DNA of 64,000 nucleotides from Ministeria vibrans ATCC 50519 (Eukaryota > Protista > Filasterea), in NCBI GenBank assembly GCA_943704425.1, contig CALSCP010001139.1, positions 39,704 through 103,703 of the forward strand, written 5' to 3'. Positions 1 through 12,900 of this stretch are shown in pieces. A program made the position numbers and the translations under genes. How positions within the stretch are numbered: position 1 is the stretch's first letter; every line of letters starts with the position of its first letter. A model generated the notes under the pieces. It made no database searches, was not told where the DNA came from, and saw only the letters and a program-made list of their open reading frames with translations.

Positions 1-9
1 GGGGATAAG

Positions 10-769
10 TTAGAAGAGAAAGTAGTAGGCGTCCCAACAGGCACGACCGGCCTTGTCGAACACATAGACGTTGCAGACACGAATGCAATGCTCGGCCTCA
101 CACAGCACATGGTACGTCATGTGCAACCCAGTATCGTCGGTGCGCTGCGAGACGGGGCGGGCGCCACGCGACTCGAGGCCCGTTGAGATGTCCAGGTCGA
201 GCGCATGGCCGGCACGGAGACGCGGCCCGTCGTTCCATCGTGTGTGCAGGAACGAGGCACATTCCCACAGAGTTGGTTCGCGACGATGGACAGCGTCGTT
301 GAAGAGAAGACACGAGACGGCGTCGCAAAAGATGAACTGGTCCAGCGCTTGCTTGCGTGCCGACAGGTGCGGATGGACACCAGCTTCCTCAAGGTCCTCG
401 TCGCTGATCTCGCGCAAGTCACTGACACTCAGTGACACACAATGGCGCTCGACTGCCGGCGACACAACTGTGGGTGGTAATGCAAGAGTGGTTGAGCCGG
501 GAGTGGCAAGGGACCAACATCTCGGACGGAATCCCTGGCGCTCCGTCCACTTCTCCGTGCCGTCCATGAGCGACCCGAGAGTCGCGTGCCACTGTACTGT
601 CTCTGTGTTGGTCTTGCCGCGCAGGCACCACACACGTCGGTTGTCGCCAAACCGTCTTTCACGTGTCTCCGTCACTTCCATGTACAGTGGCGCATCGGGC
701 AACAACGGTCGCACAAGTCGCACACGGTCCAGCTTCTCGACGACCATTTTGTCGCTTGCGTACGAGCCC
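10..769 (-). CDS. Terminal exon of an uncharacterised protein (possibly hotdog-fold); 5' exons not resolved
   Basis: Long GC-rich open frame to a stop at 10, preceded on the minus strand by a CT-rich tract ending ...ttcag (acceptor near 770). No diagnostic motif recognised. Confidence 0.45.
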
Positions 770-1139
770 TGAACAGCCAAGAGAGGGGAAGAGAGAGAGA
801 GAGAGAGACAATAATTATTAGTTGATTGTTTACAAAAAAAAACCAAATGTGCAGGCTCGAATGAGAGACACCATCAACAATCTCGCAAACAGTCAACTAC
901 AGGTGTGTAGCCACCATGGCAAATACGTCGCAAAACGACACATTTAAAGGAGCACTACGTCCCACAGCGGATCTTGGTGTGTTTGTGGGATGATTTTATA
1001 TGCCGTGCGTGAGATATAGGGAAATCTGAGAGAAGCAGAGTCTCGCAACACATCTGAACTCGTACAATCATGTCGGACCCACGATTTGCTGAGTTGACGA
1101 GGGCATTTTATAGCGCACAGTAAGCAAACGTGTTTCAAG

Positions 1140-1752
1140 TCAAAAGCTTTTTTTTTCAAATTTCGCGGCAAATTGTGAGTTCAACTTGACGCGAGAGGTT
1201 GGTGGCGCCATTTTCTCGCCTGTGTCACTTGTACAAGTGGTACAAGTGATTTAGGCATGTTCACGGAGCAAAAAAGTACGCAGGTGACAAGATTGCGAAA
1301 AGTGATCACACGACAACGGAAAATGTGACTGCGGCTCCTGCAAAGACGGGCCCTTCTCATGGCCTCTGCACTGCACAATACACTACAACATGGTGTGTCG
1401 CACACGATTCTGCGCAAGTACCGCGCAGTGCAAGTCCGCTTGATGGCCCATGACGAGTTCGTCTATTTTTTTTTTTTCGCAAGTGCGAAGATTGTGGGCA
1501 ATCGTATAATTGAACATTGTGGGCAGTTACCCAGAACGATCGACAAAAGGGATTGCAATGCACGGCGCAGGCCAAACGCGTGTCACCCCAACTGCCCTCT
1601 CAACCTCTTACCCTAGGCTTGAACTGATGCAAGTACTTTTCGTCCAGGACGAAGAGACGTTTTCTCTTGGTGTTGATGTCGGTCAAAATTCCCTCAATGA
1701 GAGTCTTGGGAACTTCGTCAACAAGTAGCTTAGATTTGCTTCTACTCGACAT
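1140..1752 (-). CDS. Small multi-exon gene with a possible PH-like N-terminus
   Basis: ATG at 1752 gives MSSRSKSKLLVDEVPKTLIEGILTDINTKRKRLFVLDEKYLHQFKPR, then a gtaag donor at ~1611. The EGxL...KRxFVL pattern resembles PH strands 1-2. Downstream exons and the end are uncertain. Confidence 0.3.
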
Positions 1753-1884
1753 AATGGCGAAGTTGACTGTTGATAAAAAAAAAAATGAAAAATGAAAAAT
1801 GAATGAAAATTAATCATCGACTCAGGTCTCCTTGGCTTCTGCCCAGAGTGACGGTGACCAGACTTTTTAGCGTTCCACTGCTGC

Positions 1885-2594
1885 ATGCTGCGTGTGTGTA
1901 GAATAGACGTATTCAGATGTCTTCTTGCGAGACAAGCTGTTAGATCATACGTACGATTGAAAGAAACATAATGTGTCATCTTACACATGCATTTGTAGGT
2001 GAGTGTCGCGGGTAGCTTCAAAGGCACTATTCCCGAAGGTACATTCACCCTGGACGCATCCCGGGTCCCTCTCATATGCTTGCTTTGTGCAGATAAACTT
2101 AATATCGCGTTCTCGCGAAGCTCTGGACCCGGCGGCCAAAATGTGAACAAAGGTTTGAAGGCAGTGCCATTGCTATTCGCTGCTGACTCGCATGTCCTCG
2201 GGAACTAGTCAACACAAAGACAACGCTTCGGCTTCACGTTGCCAGTGCAAGCTGGATCGAGCAAGAGATCAAGGAGAACCTCCTCGTACAGGTACGACAA
2301 GAGCAGACAAGACATCCTGGTTGATCTGACAGCCGGCAAAAGGAACGGAGTCGCTTGAACAAGTCGGGGGAGCTCGTACTGTCCTCCCAAGAGCACCGCA
2401 CGCAACGCGACAACCTCAACAATGTCATTGCCAAACTGCGCGATGCCCTCGACCGCGCAGCCTACGTGCCCGAAGGCCCCTCCGAGGCGAAGCAGCAGCG
2501 CGTGCAGAAACTCATTCGTGTCGAGCGCGACCGACGCAAAAACGCAAAAATGTTCCAGTCAAACAAGAAGCGCGAACGGTCACAAAGAGACTAA
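1885..2594 (+). CDS. ICT1: Mitochondrial peptidyl-tRNA hydrolase ICT1/mL62 (ArfB family), multi-exon
   Basis: FSRSSGPGGQNVNK GGQ motif, SQEHRTQRDN, a basic C-terminal tail and an Arg-rich N-terminal targeting-like peptide; GT-AG introns restore the frame. Confidence 0.9.
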
Positions 2595-2674
2595 GTGCGG
2601 TCGAAACGAGCCGGGCCGTTGTATATCATGAACAAACAAACGAACAGAACAGAGCCATCAGAGTGTATTCATTC

Positions 2675-3664
2675 TCATTCGCTCGCGTTGCTCTTGGCCA
2701 TGAACGCGTCAGTCGGCCCCATGACCTGCGCGTGCCACGCTTGCTCACCCATGCGCTCCAGCCACGCCTTCACGTTCGAGTTCGCCGCAAAGATCGGCAC
2801 AAACGTCGGGTCGTTGCGCATAGGTCCCAGTTCACCTACAGCGAAAAGAAGATGAGTTGTACGAGAAATAATGCGTCTCACTTCGTACCGTAAGCAGACA
2901 GGTCTGCAATGCTAATCTCGTCGCCAGCAATGAAGGGGCCCTTCGCCAGATTGTGCTTGTTCAGGAACTCAATCGCTTTGGTGTACTCTTCGATACCGCT
3001 CTGCGCAATTGGTGATAAAACAATTCGTTATTCGTTGATCTGGGGTTTTCGCTGTGCATACCTGGATCCGACCCGCGTCGGGAGACATGCCGAAGGCGGA
3101 CGCAACGTATTGGTGGAAGAAGTAAGGAACACCCTGGTCAAAAAAAGGGGGAGGGGAGGGGGAGGAGGAGGGGAGAGAGAGAGAGAGCGAGAAACACAAT
3201 CATGAGAATTCCATTGATTTGCACGATGGCATGATTCGACTGAATGCGCCGCCTTGCAACAAAACACTCAAACAGTAGAGCTCGTACCTTTCGCGTATGC
3301 GTGTGATGCCAATCAAGGTACTCGTCAACCTTGGCGCGCTTCTGCGCGTCCGCCGGGTACCAGTGATCGGCGACGCCCGAGTGCGCTGCGATCAGATACT
3401 TACAGATGGCGTGACTTTCGCCCAGACCAAATCCATTGTCATCGAGCATCGGCACCCCTCCCGCAGGGTTCAGTGCAAGGTTTGCGGGAGCCTTCTGCTC
3501 GCCCTGTTACAGTGGTCAACGGAGGCGCGCTCGTGATTGTGCGCTCTGCGTACTTTGGTCAGATCAACATCAACAAATTCCACTGCGGCCAACGCCGGAT
3601 CCGCAAGACAGAGCGACCACACCATGCGCGACGGCTGGCTGAGTTTGGCATAGAGAACACGCAT
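2675..3664 (-). CDS. Glutathione S-transferase, theta class, multi-exon
   Basis: SQPSR N-terminal motif, NPAGGVPMLDDNGFGLGESHAICKYL, HWYPADAQKRAKVDEYLDWHH. Confidence 0.88.
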
Positions 3665-3920
3665 GTTCTGTGAAGATGTGTAGGAAGTTGAGACGAAAAA
3701 AAGTGATTTAATATTTGAAATAATATTATAATTATTACGTTTTCGGTAAATTTTTCCGATCGTGATTAAATCTGATCTCCTTCCTGCTTCGCCTCTAAGT
3801 CGTAACGACTTCACTCATTATCACAGATCTGAGATCATTCAATCTATCTGTTCATTCTGTTGTGACTTGTCAATCGGCAGCCACCTTTCTTTCCTGGTGT
3901 GGACGTCCAACACTATTATT

Positions 3921-6900
3921 ATGGTGCGTCGTCTCGCAGGGACGGTGCTGTTCATCCTGGCCACGACGGCCGTCTCGGCGTCACTTCCGCCCCCCGTGCA
4001 CGACCTCATCTTTCTTGATCCTGCTGCCCTTGAGCAGGCCCACCAGCGCAGCCGTCGTGATGCCCAGCCGTCCATCTCGTTTTCCTTTCAGACCCCCTCC
4101 TTGCGGTATGCCGCTACACGCACCCCCACCCTCTCCCCGGCACCACACCCACACCCACACTCTCTCTCCCCCCCCNNNNNNNNNNACGTAAAGAGCCCCA
4201 CACCACAGTAGAAGTCAAGCAGGACGGACGGAAGCGCACCCGCACTCCTCCACGCGTCTTGTTGTTGCAGGCAGTTCGACGTCCATCTTCACTCGCGCGC
4301 TTATGCAAACCGCAAAGTCGATTTTGTCGCTGTTCGCGGGAACCGCACCTCCACCGTCGACTACGACGCTTCTCGCCACTATCTCGGCAACCTAGGCACT
4401 CCCAACTCAACAGTGGTTGGGTCGCTCCACGACGGTGTCTTTGATGGCGTCCTTTGCGACGCACAAGGCACTCTTTTCGTCTTGCAGCCTCTTTCGCACT
4501 TTCACGCTCTCCCACCACAGCGAGGCGCCACGCACGTCTTCTACAACTTTGACGACGCCCCGCTCGAGACCGATTCGTGCGCCTACCTCGAGGCCGACGA
4601 CCGCGACAGCGTCCACCGCTCCAAGACGCCCTCGTCCGCCTCGTCACGCCCCCGACGGTCCACCCCGTGCGTCTCCCAGGTGCCTCAGTCAGCCGCTACC
4701 TGTGCCTTCTCCATCTACGCCGACAGCACATTCTACGACGAGTATGGCTCGATCAAAGGTACGTCAAAATGACCAATTGAGCGCTTTGTTTACATAATAA
4801 ATATATTTTTGTGTAGCGGTCATCAATGAAATGCTCCTGCACATGAGCACCGCGGAAACCATCTTCAGCCAGACTGTCTGGGGTGTGTCGTCGCCGTCGC
4901 TTTCCTTTCGCATTTCACGCGTCGTCGTGTACACGTCGGAGCCATCGCTCATGCCCCTCTCCATATCCAACGCTGGCGAGCTGCTGGATGCCTTTGGTGA
5001 CCAGGCGTACGCCGACGGTGCCAATGCCATGTGTCTTGCGCACCTTTTTACGTTCCGCAGCCTTGGTACTACCAACGGCATTGCCTATCGGGGCCAGGTG
5101 GGCTCGTCGACTGGCGGCGTTTGCGGCCGAACATCCACCAGTCGTGCCAAAAACACCGGTCTCACCAGTACCAATCGTCAGGGCATCCGTCGCGACCGCT
5201 CCGGCTCAGTACTCACCTGCACCCACGAGATTGGTCACAACTTTGGATCGCCTCACGACGACACAGACCCCGACCAAGAGTGCTATCCACCCGACCAACT
5301 CGGCGGAAACTACATCATGTGGCCCCTGTCGAACGAGCGCACCGAAACGAACAAGAAAAAGTTCTCAGAGTGCTCCCGCGAGTACGTCTGCACCGTCCTC
5401 AACGACAAGCACGACATATGTTTCATCAGCGACGCCACTCCAGCACCTGCCGTCTGTGGCAATGGTATTGTCGACAGCGGCGAACTCTGCGACTGCGGCC
5501 AGGCGGCCGGTGGCGACGCCTCCGCCTGTGCCCTTGTTGACCCTTGCTGTCAACCTGGCTGCACTCTCGTGCCCGCCGCCGCTTGCTCACCCTCTGCCGA
5601 CGGGTGTTGCACCGCTGCCTGTGCTCTTGCGTCCCAGAACACTGTGTGTTCCGTCGCCACCGAGTGCCTCTCCGCCGCCGTCTGCTCAGGCGTCTCCAAG
5701 ACGTGTCCCACGCCGCAGTCCAATGCCGACGGCACCCCATGCGACTGTGCGGGCAACACGGCACCAAATTGCCCGAGCACGTGCCAGTCGGGTGCCTGCT
5801 CCGTCTCGCGCTGTACCTCTCTCTTTGGCTTGCAGCCGTGTGCATCGAGCAGTCATGAGTGTACGTTACGCTGCGACCACCCCGTGCGCGGTTGTGTGCC
5901 TCTCGATCAGCTCAGTCGCTCGCTTGGCACTGTCTTTGTGCCCGCCGAGTCTCCATGTACGCTTGCTTCCACTCTCGAGAGCACCTGTACGTCAAACTTT
6001 CCACCCACTTGCATCCCCGAGTCGTCCTTGTCCGGCTGCTCCTCCTCCCCATGTGCCTTTGGCGGTATCTGCACCGACTTTAGCAAGGGCGCCTTCGTGT
6101 GTCTCTGTGCCGCCGGCACAACCGGTACCATGTGCGAGACCAACATTGACGAGTGCGCCTCGTCACCGTGCGCCGCAACTGCCACATGCGTTGACACCTT
6201 TGGCGCTCCCGTGTGTGTCTGTGCTCCCAACACCTCTGGCGATTTCTGTCAACTTCCCGACGGCTGTGCCTCCGTCACCTGTGCAAACGGCGCCCTCTGC
6301 TCTCCCGAAGTCGCCGGTGAATTTTCCGCATCGCTCCTCGTGCCTGGTGACCACTTTTACCCAACCGAGACCCAAGTGACCTTCGCCAATGTGCCCAAGC
6401 CGGTTTCGAGCGGCACTGTTCTCGTCACGGCTCGCGGTGACTTCAGTCTTGTGCAAGAGTACATTGACATTGAGACGAGCAGTGGTGTTCTCGTTGCGCG
6501 GCTCTTTGACACATCGGGCGCCGACTGCTCCGTCATCGCCGATCAAAGCTCAGCTTCGTATGCCGCGCTCAGCACTGCGTACTCGACCAATTCTTCTTCT
6601 CTCACCTTCAAAGTCGTCTTTCCCCTCAACGTCAACGACCTCTGCTCGACGAGTGTCGTGAATCTCACTGTCGCCTACTACACCTCTGTCTCGGGCGTCT
6701 GTCACTGTACTCCCGGCTACACTGGTACTCTGTGTGATACCCCCGTGCCCGCCGGTTGTCTTTCGTCGCCATGCGACACTGGCTCCACCTGCGTGGATCA
6801 GACTGTCGTGCCCGGTAGCTTTGTCTGCCTCTGTCCACACCATCGCCAGGGCACACTCTGCGACCAGGTGAACATGTGTTTAGCTGCAGACTCGTGCGCC

Positions 6901-9900
6901 ACCGCAACAAACGTGTGCGTGACACGGTCGAGTGTGGTCAACAGCGTCGTGCACTCCTTTGATGGATTCCAGTCGAGAACGTACACTTTTACGCTCGGCT
7001 CGCGCACACCCACTGCAAACGTCCGCCTTATTTTTGACGGTTCGCTTGACCTTGAGAGCGCCCACGAGTCGGTCCATGTCACGGGACCCGGTGGTTTCTC
7101 GCGCACCATCTTTTCGTCAAGTGTGGGCGCACGCGATTGCCACCAGAGCACTGAGTCGCTCTCGCTGTCGGTCGCCGAGCTCACGGCGCTCGCTGCCGGC
7201 ACCGGTGCCTTCGACTTGACTGTCACTCTGTCGGCGTCCGTCACCGAAGATCGCTGCCTCCTCCCCCGTCTCAATGTCACTCTTCTCTTTGAAGTTGCTC
7301 CCCACGCCAGCTGCTCGCCCGCACTGGGCGCCTGTGCTTCGTCGCCTTGCCAAAATGGTGCTACTTGCACACCCAGCAGCACCATGTCGCTGTTCAACTG
7401 CACATGCGCCATTCGCTACACGGGCACCCTCTGTGACATGGCCATTGACGAGTGCGCGTCGTCGCCGTGCGAGTCGGGCGGCACGTGCGCCCCTCTGAGC
7501 ACTGGGTTTCTCTGTACCTGCCCAGCGGGTCGTGCTGGTTCCACCTGCTCGCTCACGTACGACTTTTGCTCGTCGTCACCGTGTGCCACGGGTGCCACCT
7601 GCTCCGGCTCGAGTTGTGTGTGCGCGCCCGCGCAGTCGGGCGTCTTTTGCACCGAATCCAACTTGTGCGCGTCTATGCCATGTGCCAATGGTGGCACCTG
7701 TACGCAGGAGACGTCGACCACGTCACGCACGCTTACCATTTCGCAGTCGTCCGAAGACATTTACTTTCCCAACCAACTCGCCTTTGCCTTCACCGGTCTA
7801 CCTGCGCCCTCCTTCACTTCGACGACTCCTGGAAAGCTCACTGTTGTGGCGTACACGGACCTTGCCAACGATAACGAGTACCTCATTGTAACGGGACCCG
7901 CCTCGCTCAATGCCGAGCTCTTCCGTGGCTCTACCGGCCAAGATTGCGTCATTGTGACCGCTAGCCTTAATCTTCCAGCGCCCTACATGGTCCAGTTGCT
8001 CTCCTCGTCCGACCTCACGCTTCATCTCAACTTCTCCAGCGACGTAGGCTCCAACTGTGGCTCTTCCTTTGTCACCCTAACCCTCGAGTACGAGCAGGCG
8101 TCGACTCCCATGTGCGCCTGCGCCACCGGCTTTGGCGGCGACGCCTGCCAGACCATCTTGAGTATTTGTGCGTCTAATCCTTGCGCAAACTCTGGGCTGT
8201 GCACGACAGTGAGCGGCGGCTCTACCTACACGTGCACGTGCGTCGGTGGGTTTACGGGCGATCATTGCGAAACGTTTGTGGACGGCTGTCTCTCCAATCC
8301 GTGTGCCAACGAAGGCACCTGTATCTACGAGTTCACGACCGACTATCGACGCGACGGCTCCCTCACCACTGTCTCCGCGACAATTGCGCAGGTACCCGAG
8401 GCGACGGGCGACGTCTCATATACCGTGTCGGTGCGCGGTGACGTAGCAAGCGCCGCGGAAACATTTACAGTTCCCGACGTGGGCACTTTTTTCACCACAG
8501 CAGCCGGCAGCGACTGCTCGTCGACGTTGTCGTCGACCGCGACTGTTGCGGCAGCAACTTTGAATGCCGCACGCTCCGCCTCCTCCGGGGGCATTTCCAT
8601 TTCGGGGGTATTCTCGTCTGAAGTGAATCCCTCGGCGTGCACCAGCACCTCGTTCATTGCTGTCTCACTGGCGTACCCCGTGGCGCAGGGCATCTCCAAG
8701 TGTCTGTGTGCAACCGGCTTCTCGGGCGCTGACTGTACCACCAGCGTGGACAGCTGTGCCTCGTCGCCCTGTCAGAACGGCGCCACTTGCACCAACGGTG
8801 CCGCTGCCACCTTTTCGTGCGCCTGTGCGACCGGCTTTGCCTCGCGCCTGTGCGACGCCATTGACACGTGCGCTTCCCTGTCGTGTCAGAACGGCGGTGC
8901 TTGTGTCGTTGCCGCACCCTCTTCGCTGCGGTACGACCTCACTGCATCGCCCAGCACCTTTGTCTTCACCAATCTGCCTGTGGTGCCCTCCTCGGTCACC
9001 CTCAGCATCACGGCACTGGGGGACTTTGGAACGGCCGTCGAGTTTATCACGCTGTCCGGCTCGAATTCCTTCTCAACAACCCTCTTTGACGACGCGACCG
9101 TCTCTGACTGTGGTCTGCGAACCGCGACCATTACGCTGACTCCTGCTGAGTTTGCCAATCTCAAGGACAGCTCGGGCGCCATTGCGCTACTGGCACTTGT
9201 CTCGGGTGACGTCAATCCCTCCTTCTGCACGTCCAACTACCTTGATCTGAGCATGAATGTTGGCACGCAGTCGTGCGATTGTTCTGCAGGAGTCACCGGA
9301 GACCTCTGTGAGACAACCATCGCGTCCTTCGTGGATCCGTGCACCTCTCAGCCTTGTCTCAACAGCGGCTCTTGCCAGTCCTTTCCAACATTTACCCAGA
9401 GTGTGGCGCTCGCCCAGGCCTACGCCCCTCATTCGCACACTGTCACCTTTACCGCCCTTCCTCAGTACACGGGCGCAACTCGTCTGAGGCTGACAACCGA
9501 TGCGGACGTGTTGGGCTCGGGTGCGCTTGTGCTTGTCACCCACCCCGCTGGTTACTCCCAGACGTACTTCACAAGTGCCGTTGGCGTGAACTGTGCCGAG
9601 CAGACACAGAGTGCCGCCATTGATGCGGATACTGTGTCACTTTTGCGCTCCGGCGACACCCTCTCGTTCAGCTTGAGCTTTTCGTCGGGCGTCAGTTCGT
9701 CGGTGTGTGGCTCGGCAACGCTTACGGCCACACTTGAAATTGATCCGGCCAACGTGTTTGTCTGTGCGTGCACTCCTAACGCGTTTTACGGCGAACGTTG
9801 CGAGACGGCCTTTGGTGAGTGCTACTCGCTGCCATGCCTCAATGGCGGCGTGTGCAGCGAGGGTGCGGGCGGCGTGTTTTCTGCGTGTGCCTGTCCCGCC

Positions 9901-12900
9901 GGCTACACCGGCGTCCACTGCGAGACAGAATTCCACCCGTGCTCCTCGTCGCCGTGCGAGTCAGGCGGCACCTGTGCTCTCGAAACAGGCAACACATTCT
10001 CGTGCACCTGTGCCTTTGGCTTCTCGGGTCCCACCTGTGCCGTCACGGTCGACGAGTGTGCGTCGGCGCCCTGTCACGCCTCCGCCACCTGTGTTGACAT
10101 GGTTCTGGAGTATATGTGCACCTGTGCGGCGGGATACACAGGCGCCGCTTGCGACGAGGACATCAACGAGTGTACGTCGCAGCCGTGTGCCATGGGCGCC
10201 ACCTGCAACGATATGACTGCCGCGTTTACATGCACATGTGCTCTAGGCACGACCGGCAGTGACTGTTCGCAGGACATTGACGAGTGTGCTTCGTCGCCAT
10301 GCCATCCGTCGGCCACATGCAACAATGAGGCGGCCAAGTTTACGTGTGTCTGCGCGCCGGGTCGCACTGGTGTCGATTGTGCTGTTGACATCAACGAGTG
10401 TACATCGTCTCCGTGTGAGAATGGGGGCACGTGTGTGAACGGCGATGACATGTGGTCGTGCGTGTGTTCGAAGGGCTACACTGGTTCAGACTGCCACACA
10501 GACATTGACGAGTGCGCCTCGTCGCCGTGCGAAAATGGTGCCGTGTGCAGCCACTCACTGGACGCCTTTTCGTGTCTCTGTGACATGGGCTACACGGGCG
10601 CTACGTGCAACGTTGATATTGACGAGTGTGCGTCGTCGCCCTGCCAGAATGGGGGCACTTGTGGCCAGGCGGGCATTGTTCAGGTGCCCTGGTGTATTGG
10701 TGGGAACTGTGTGCCCGCGTCAAACAATGTTAACGTTGGCGATCTTGTGCGCTGGACAATTCTTTCGGGATTTCACACAGTGTCGACGACGGGTGGCGTC
10801 ATGTCGTTTGATTCGGGTGGCCTTGCGTCGGGCGCCACCTATGAGCAAGTGATGAACACTGCGGGCACCATCAGCTACCAGTGCAACTTCCACACGTCCA
10901 TGCAAGGGGAGCTGATCGTGTCGGCTGGTGCCAGTGGTGGGGCAGGACGATTTGTGTGCCAATGCGATTCTGGCTATGATGGCGTAACGTGTGCCACCGA
11001 CATTGACGAGTGTGCCTCGTCACCGTGTGTCAATGGCGCAACATGTGTCGACGGCGCGAACGCCTTTACATGCACATGTGCCGCTGGCTACACCAGTACC
11101 TTGTGTGACGGCGACATTGACGAGTGTGCGTCGTCACCGTGCCACACAGCTGCCACCTGTGTTGACGGAGTGGACGCGTATGCATGCGAGTGTCCACCGG
11201 GGCTCACTGGTAGTGAGTGCGATGTCGATGTTGATGAGTGTGTGTCGTCTCCGTGTGAGAATGGCGCTACGTGTACCAACGGCAATGCCATGTGGACATG
11301 TACGTGTGTTGCTGGGTATGCTGGGGCGTCGTGCGCCGTGGACATTGACGAGTGTGCGTCGAGTCCGTGTGAGAACTCTGCCGTGTGCACAGATGTGTTG
11401 CTTGGGTACACGTGTGCCTGTGATCCTGGCTACACTGGCACGGTGTGTGACGTCGACATTGACGAGTGTGTCTCTGGGCCGTGCGTGAATGGTGGCACAT
11501 GTGTCGACATGGTAAACGAGTTTACATGCTCGTGCGCTCAGGGAACTACCGGTACACTCTGTGACGTGGACGTGGCCGAATGCGATTCGTCACCGTGTGT
11601 CAATGGCGCAACATGTGTCGACGGCGCGAACGCCTTTACATGCACATGTGCCGCTGGCTACACCAGTACCTTGTGTGACGGCGACATTGACGAGTGTGCG
11701 TCGTCACCGTGCCACACAGCTGCCACCTGTGTTGACGGAGTGGACGCGTATGCATGCGAGTGTCCACCGGGGCTCACTGGTAGTGAGTGCGATGTCGATG
11801 TTGATGAGTGTGTGTCGTCTCCGTGTGAGAATGGCGCTACGTGTACCAACGGCAATGCCATGTGGACATGTACGTGTGTTGCTGGGTATGCTGGGGCGTC
11901 GTGCGCCGTGGACATTGACGAGTGTGCGTCGAGTCCGTGTGAGAACTCTGCCGTGTGCACAGATGTGTTGCTTGGGTACACGTGTGCCTGTGATCCTGGC
12001 TACACTGGCACGGTGTGTGACGTCGACATTGACGAGTGTGTCTCTGGGCCGTGCGTGAATGGTGGCACATGTGTCGATTGGTGNNNNNNNNNNNNNNNNN
12101 NNNNNNNNNNNNNNNNNNNNNNNNNNNNNNNNNNNNNNNNNNNNNNNNNNNNNNNNNNNNNNNNNNNNNNNNNGTGTTGCTTGGGTACACGTGTGCCTGT
12201 GATCCTGGCTACACTGGCACGGTGTGTGACGTCGACATTGACGAGTGTGTCTCTGGGCCGTGCGTGAATGGTGGCACATGTGTCGATATGGTGAACATGT
12301 ACAGCTGTTCGTGTGTCAGTGGGTATACTGGCACCGACTGCGACGGCGACATTAACGAGTGCACGATCGGTACCTCCGGGTGCGACGTGAGCACCACCGA
12401 CTGTGTCAATTCGGTGGGATCCTTCTCGTGCGAGTGCAAGAGCGAGCACTACCGCCAGTTGTCCACTGCGTGTGGCGCCTGCCTGGCCATCAGCAACTGC
12501 CTTGCTGGCGCTGTGACGTGCATCGACAGCAGTGCGTCACAGTGCGAAGTGTGCATGCCCACGTATGTTCACACCGACGGCGCTCCTGTGGACGAATGTG
12601 ACTTGCTTGTGAATAGTCCGTTGTCCATCGAACAGATTGCCAATGAGGTCCGACTTACCTTTGGGGCGTCCATTGCGTCGCAGCTGCTGGCCATCATCCG
12701 TGCGCTCGTCGATGCCCTCAATCAGTACTTTGCGGCGCAACTTGGACGTCGTCGCGCAATTGTCGCGGACGATGTGGTTGTGGTGAGTCAACAGGGTGCT
12801 GAGGTGGTTGTGGTGGCGCGGACTGACGCACGCAATGGGTCGGTGAGTGTGGTGGATGTGAGTGCAGCCACGACTGCGTCTTCGTCGGCGCTTGGTGCAG

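Noticed and set aside
4883-6379. Long overlapping ORFs (also 25430-26992, 33429-34373, 36946-37899)
   Set aside because: Shadow frames of GC-rich or low-complexity coding sequence with no motifs.
12084-12173. Apparent frameshift in the giant ADAM-EGF gene
   Set aside because: The frame change coincides with an N gap of arbitrary length inside a tandem repeat.
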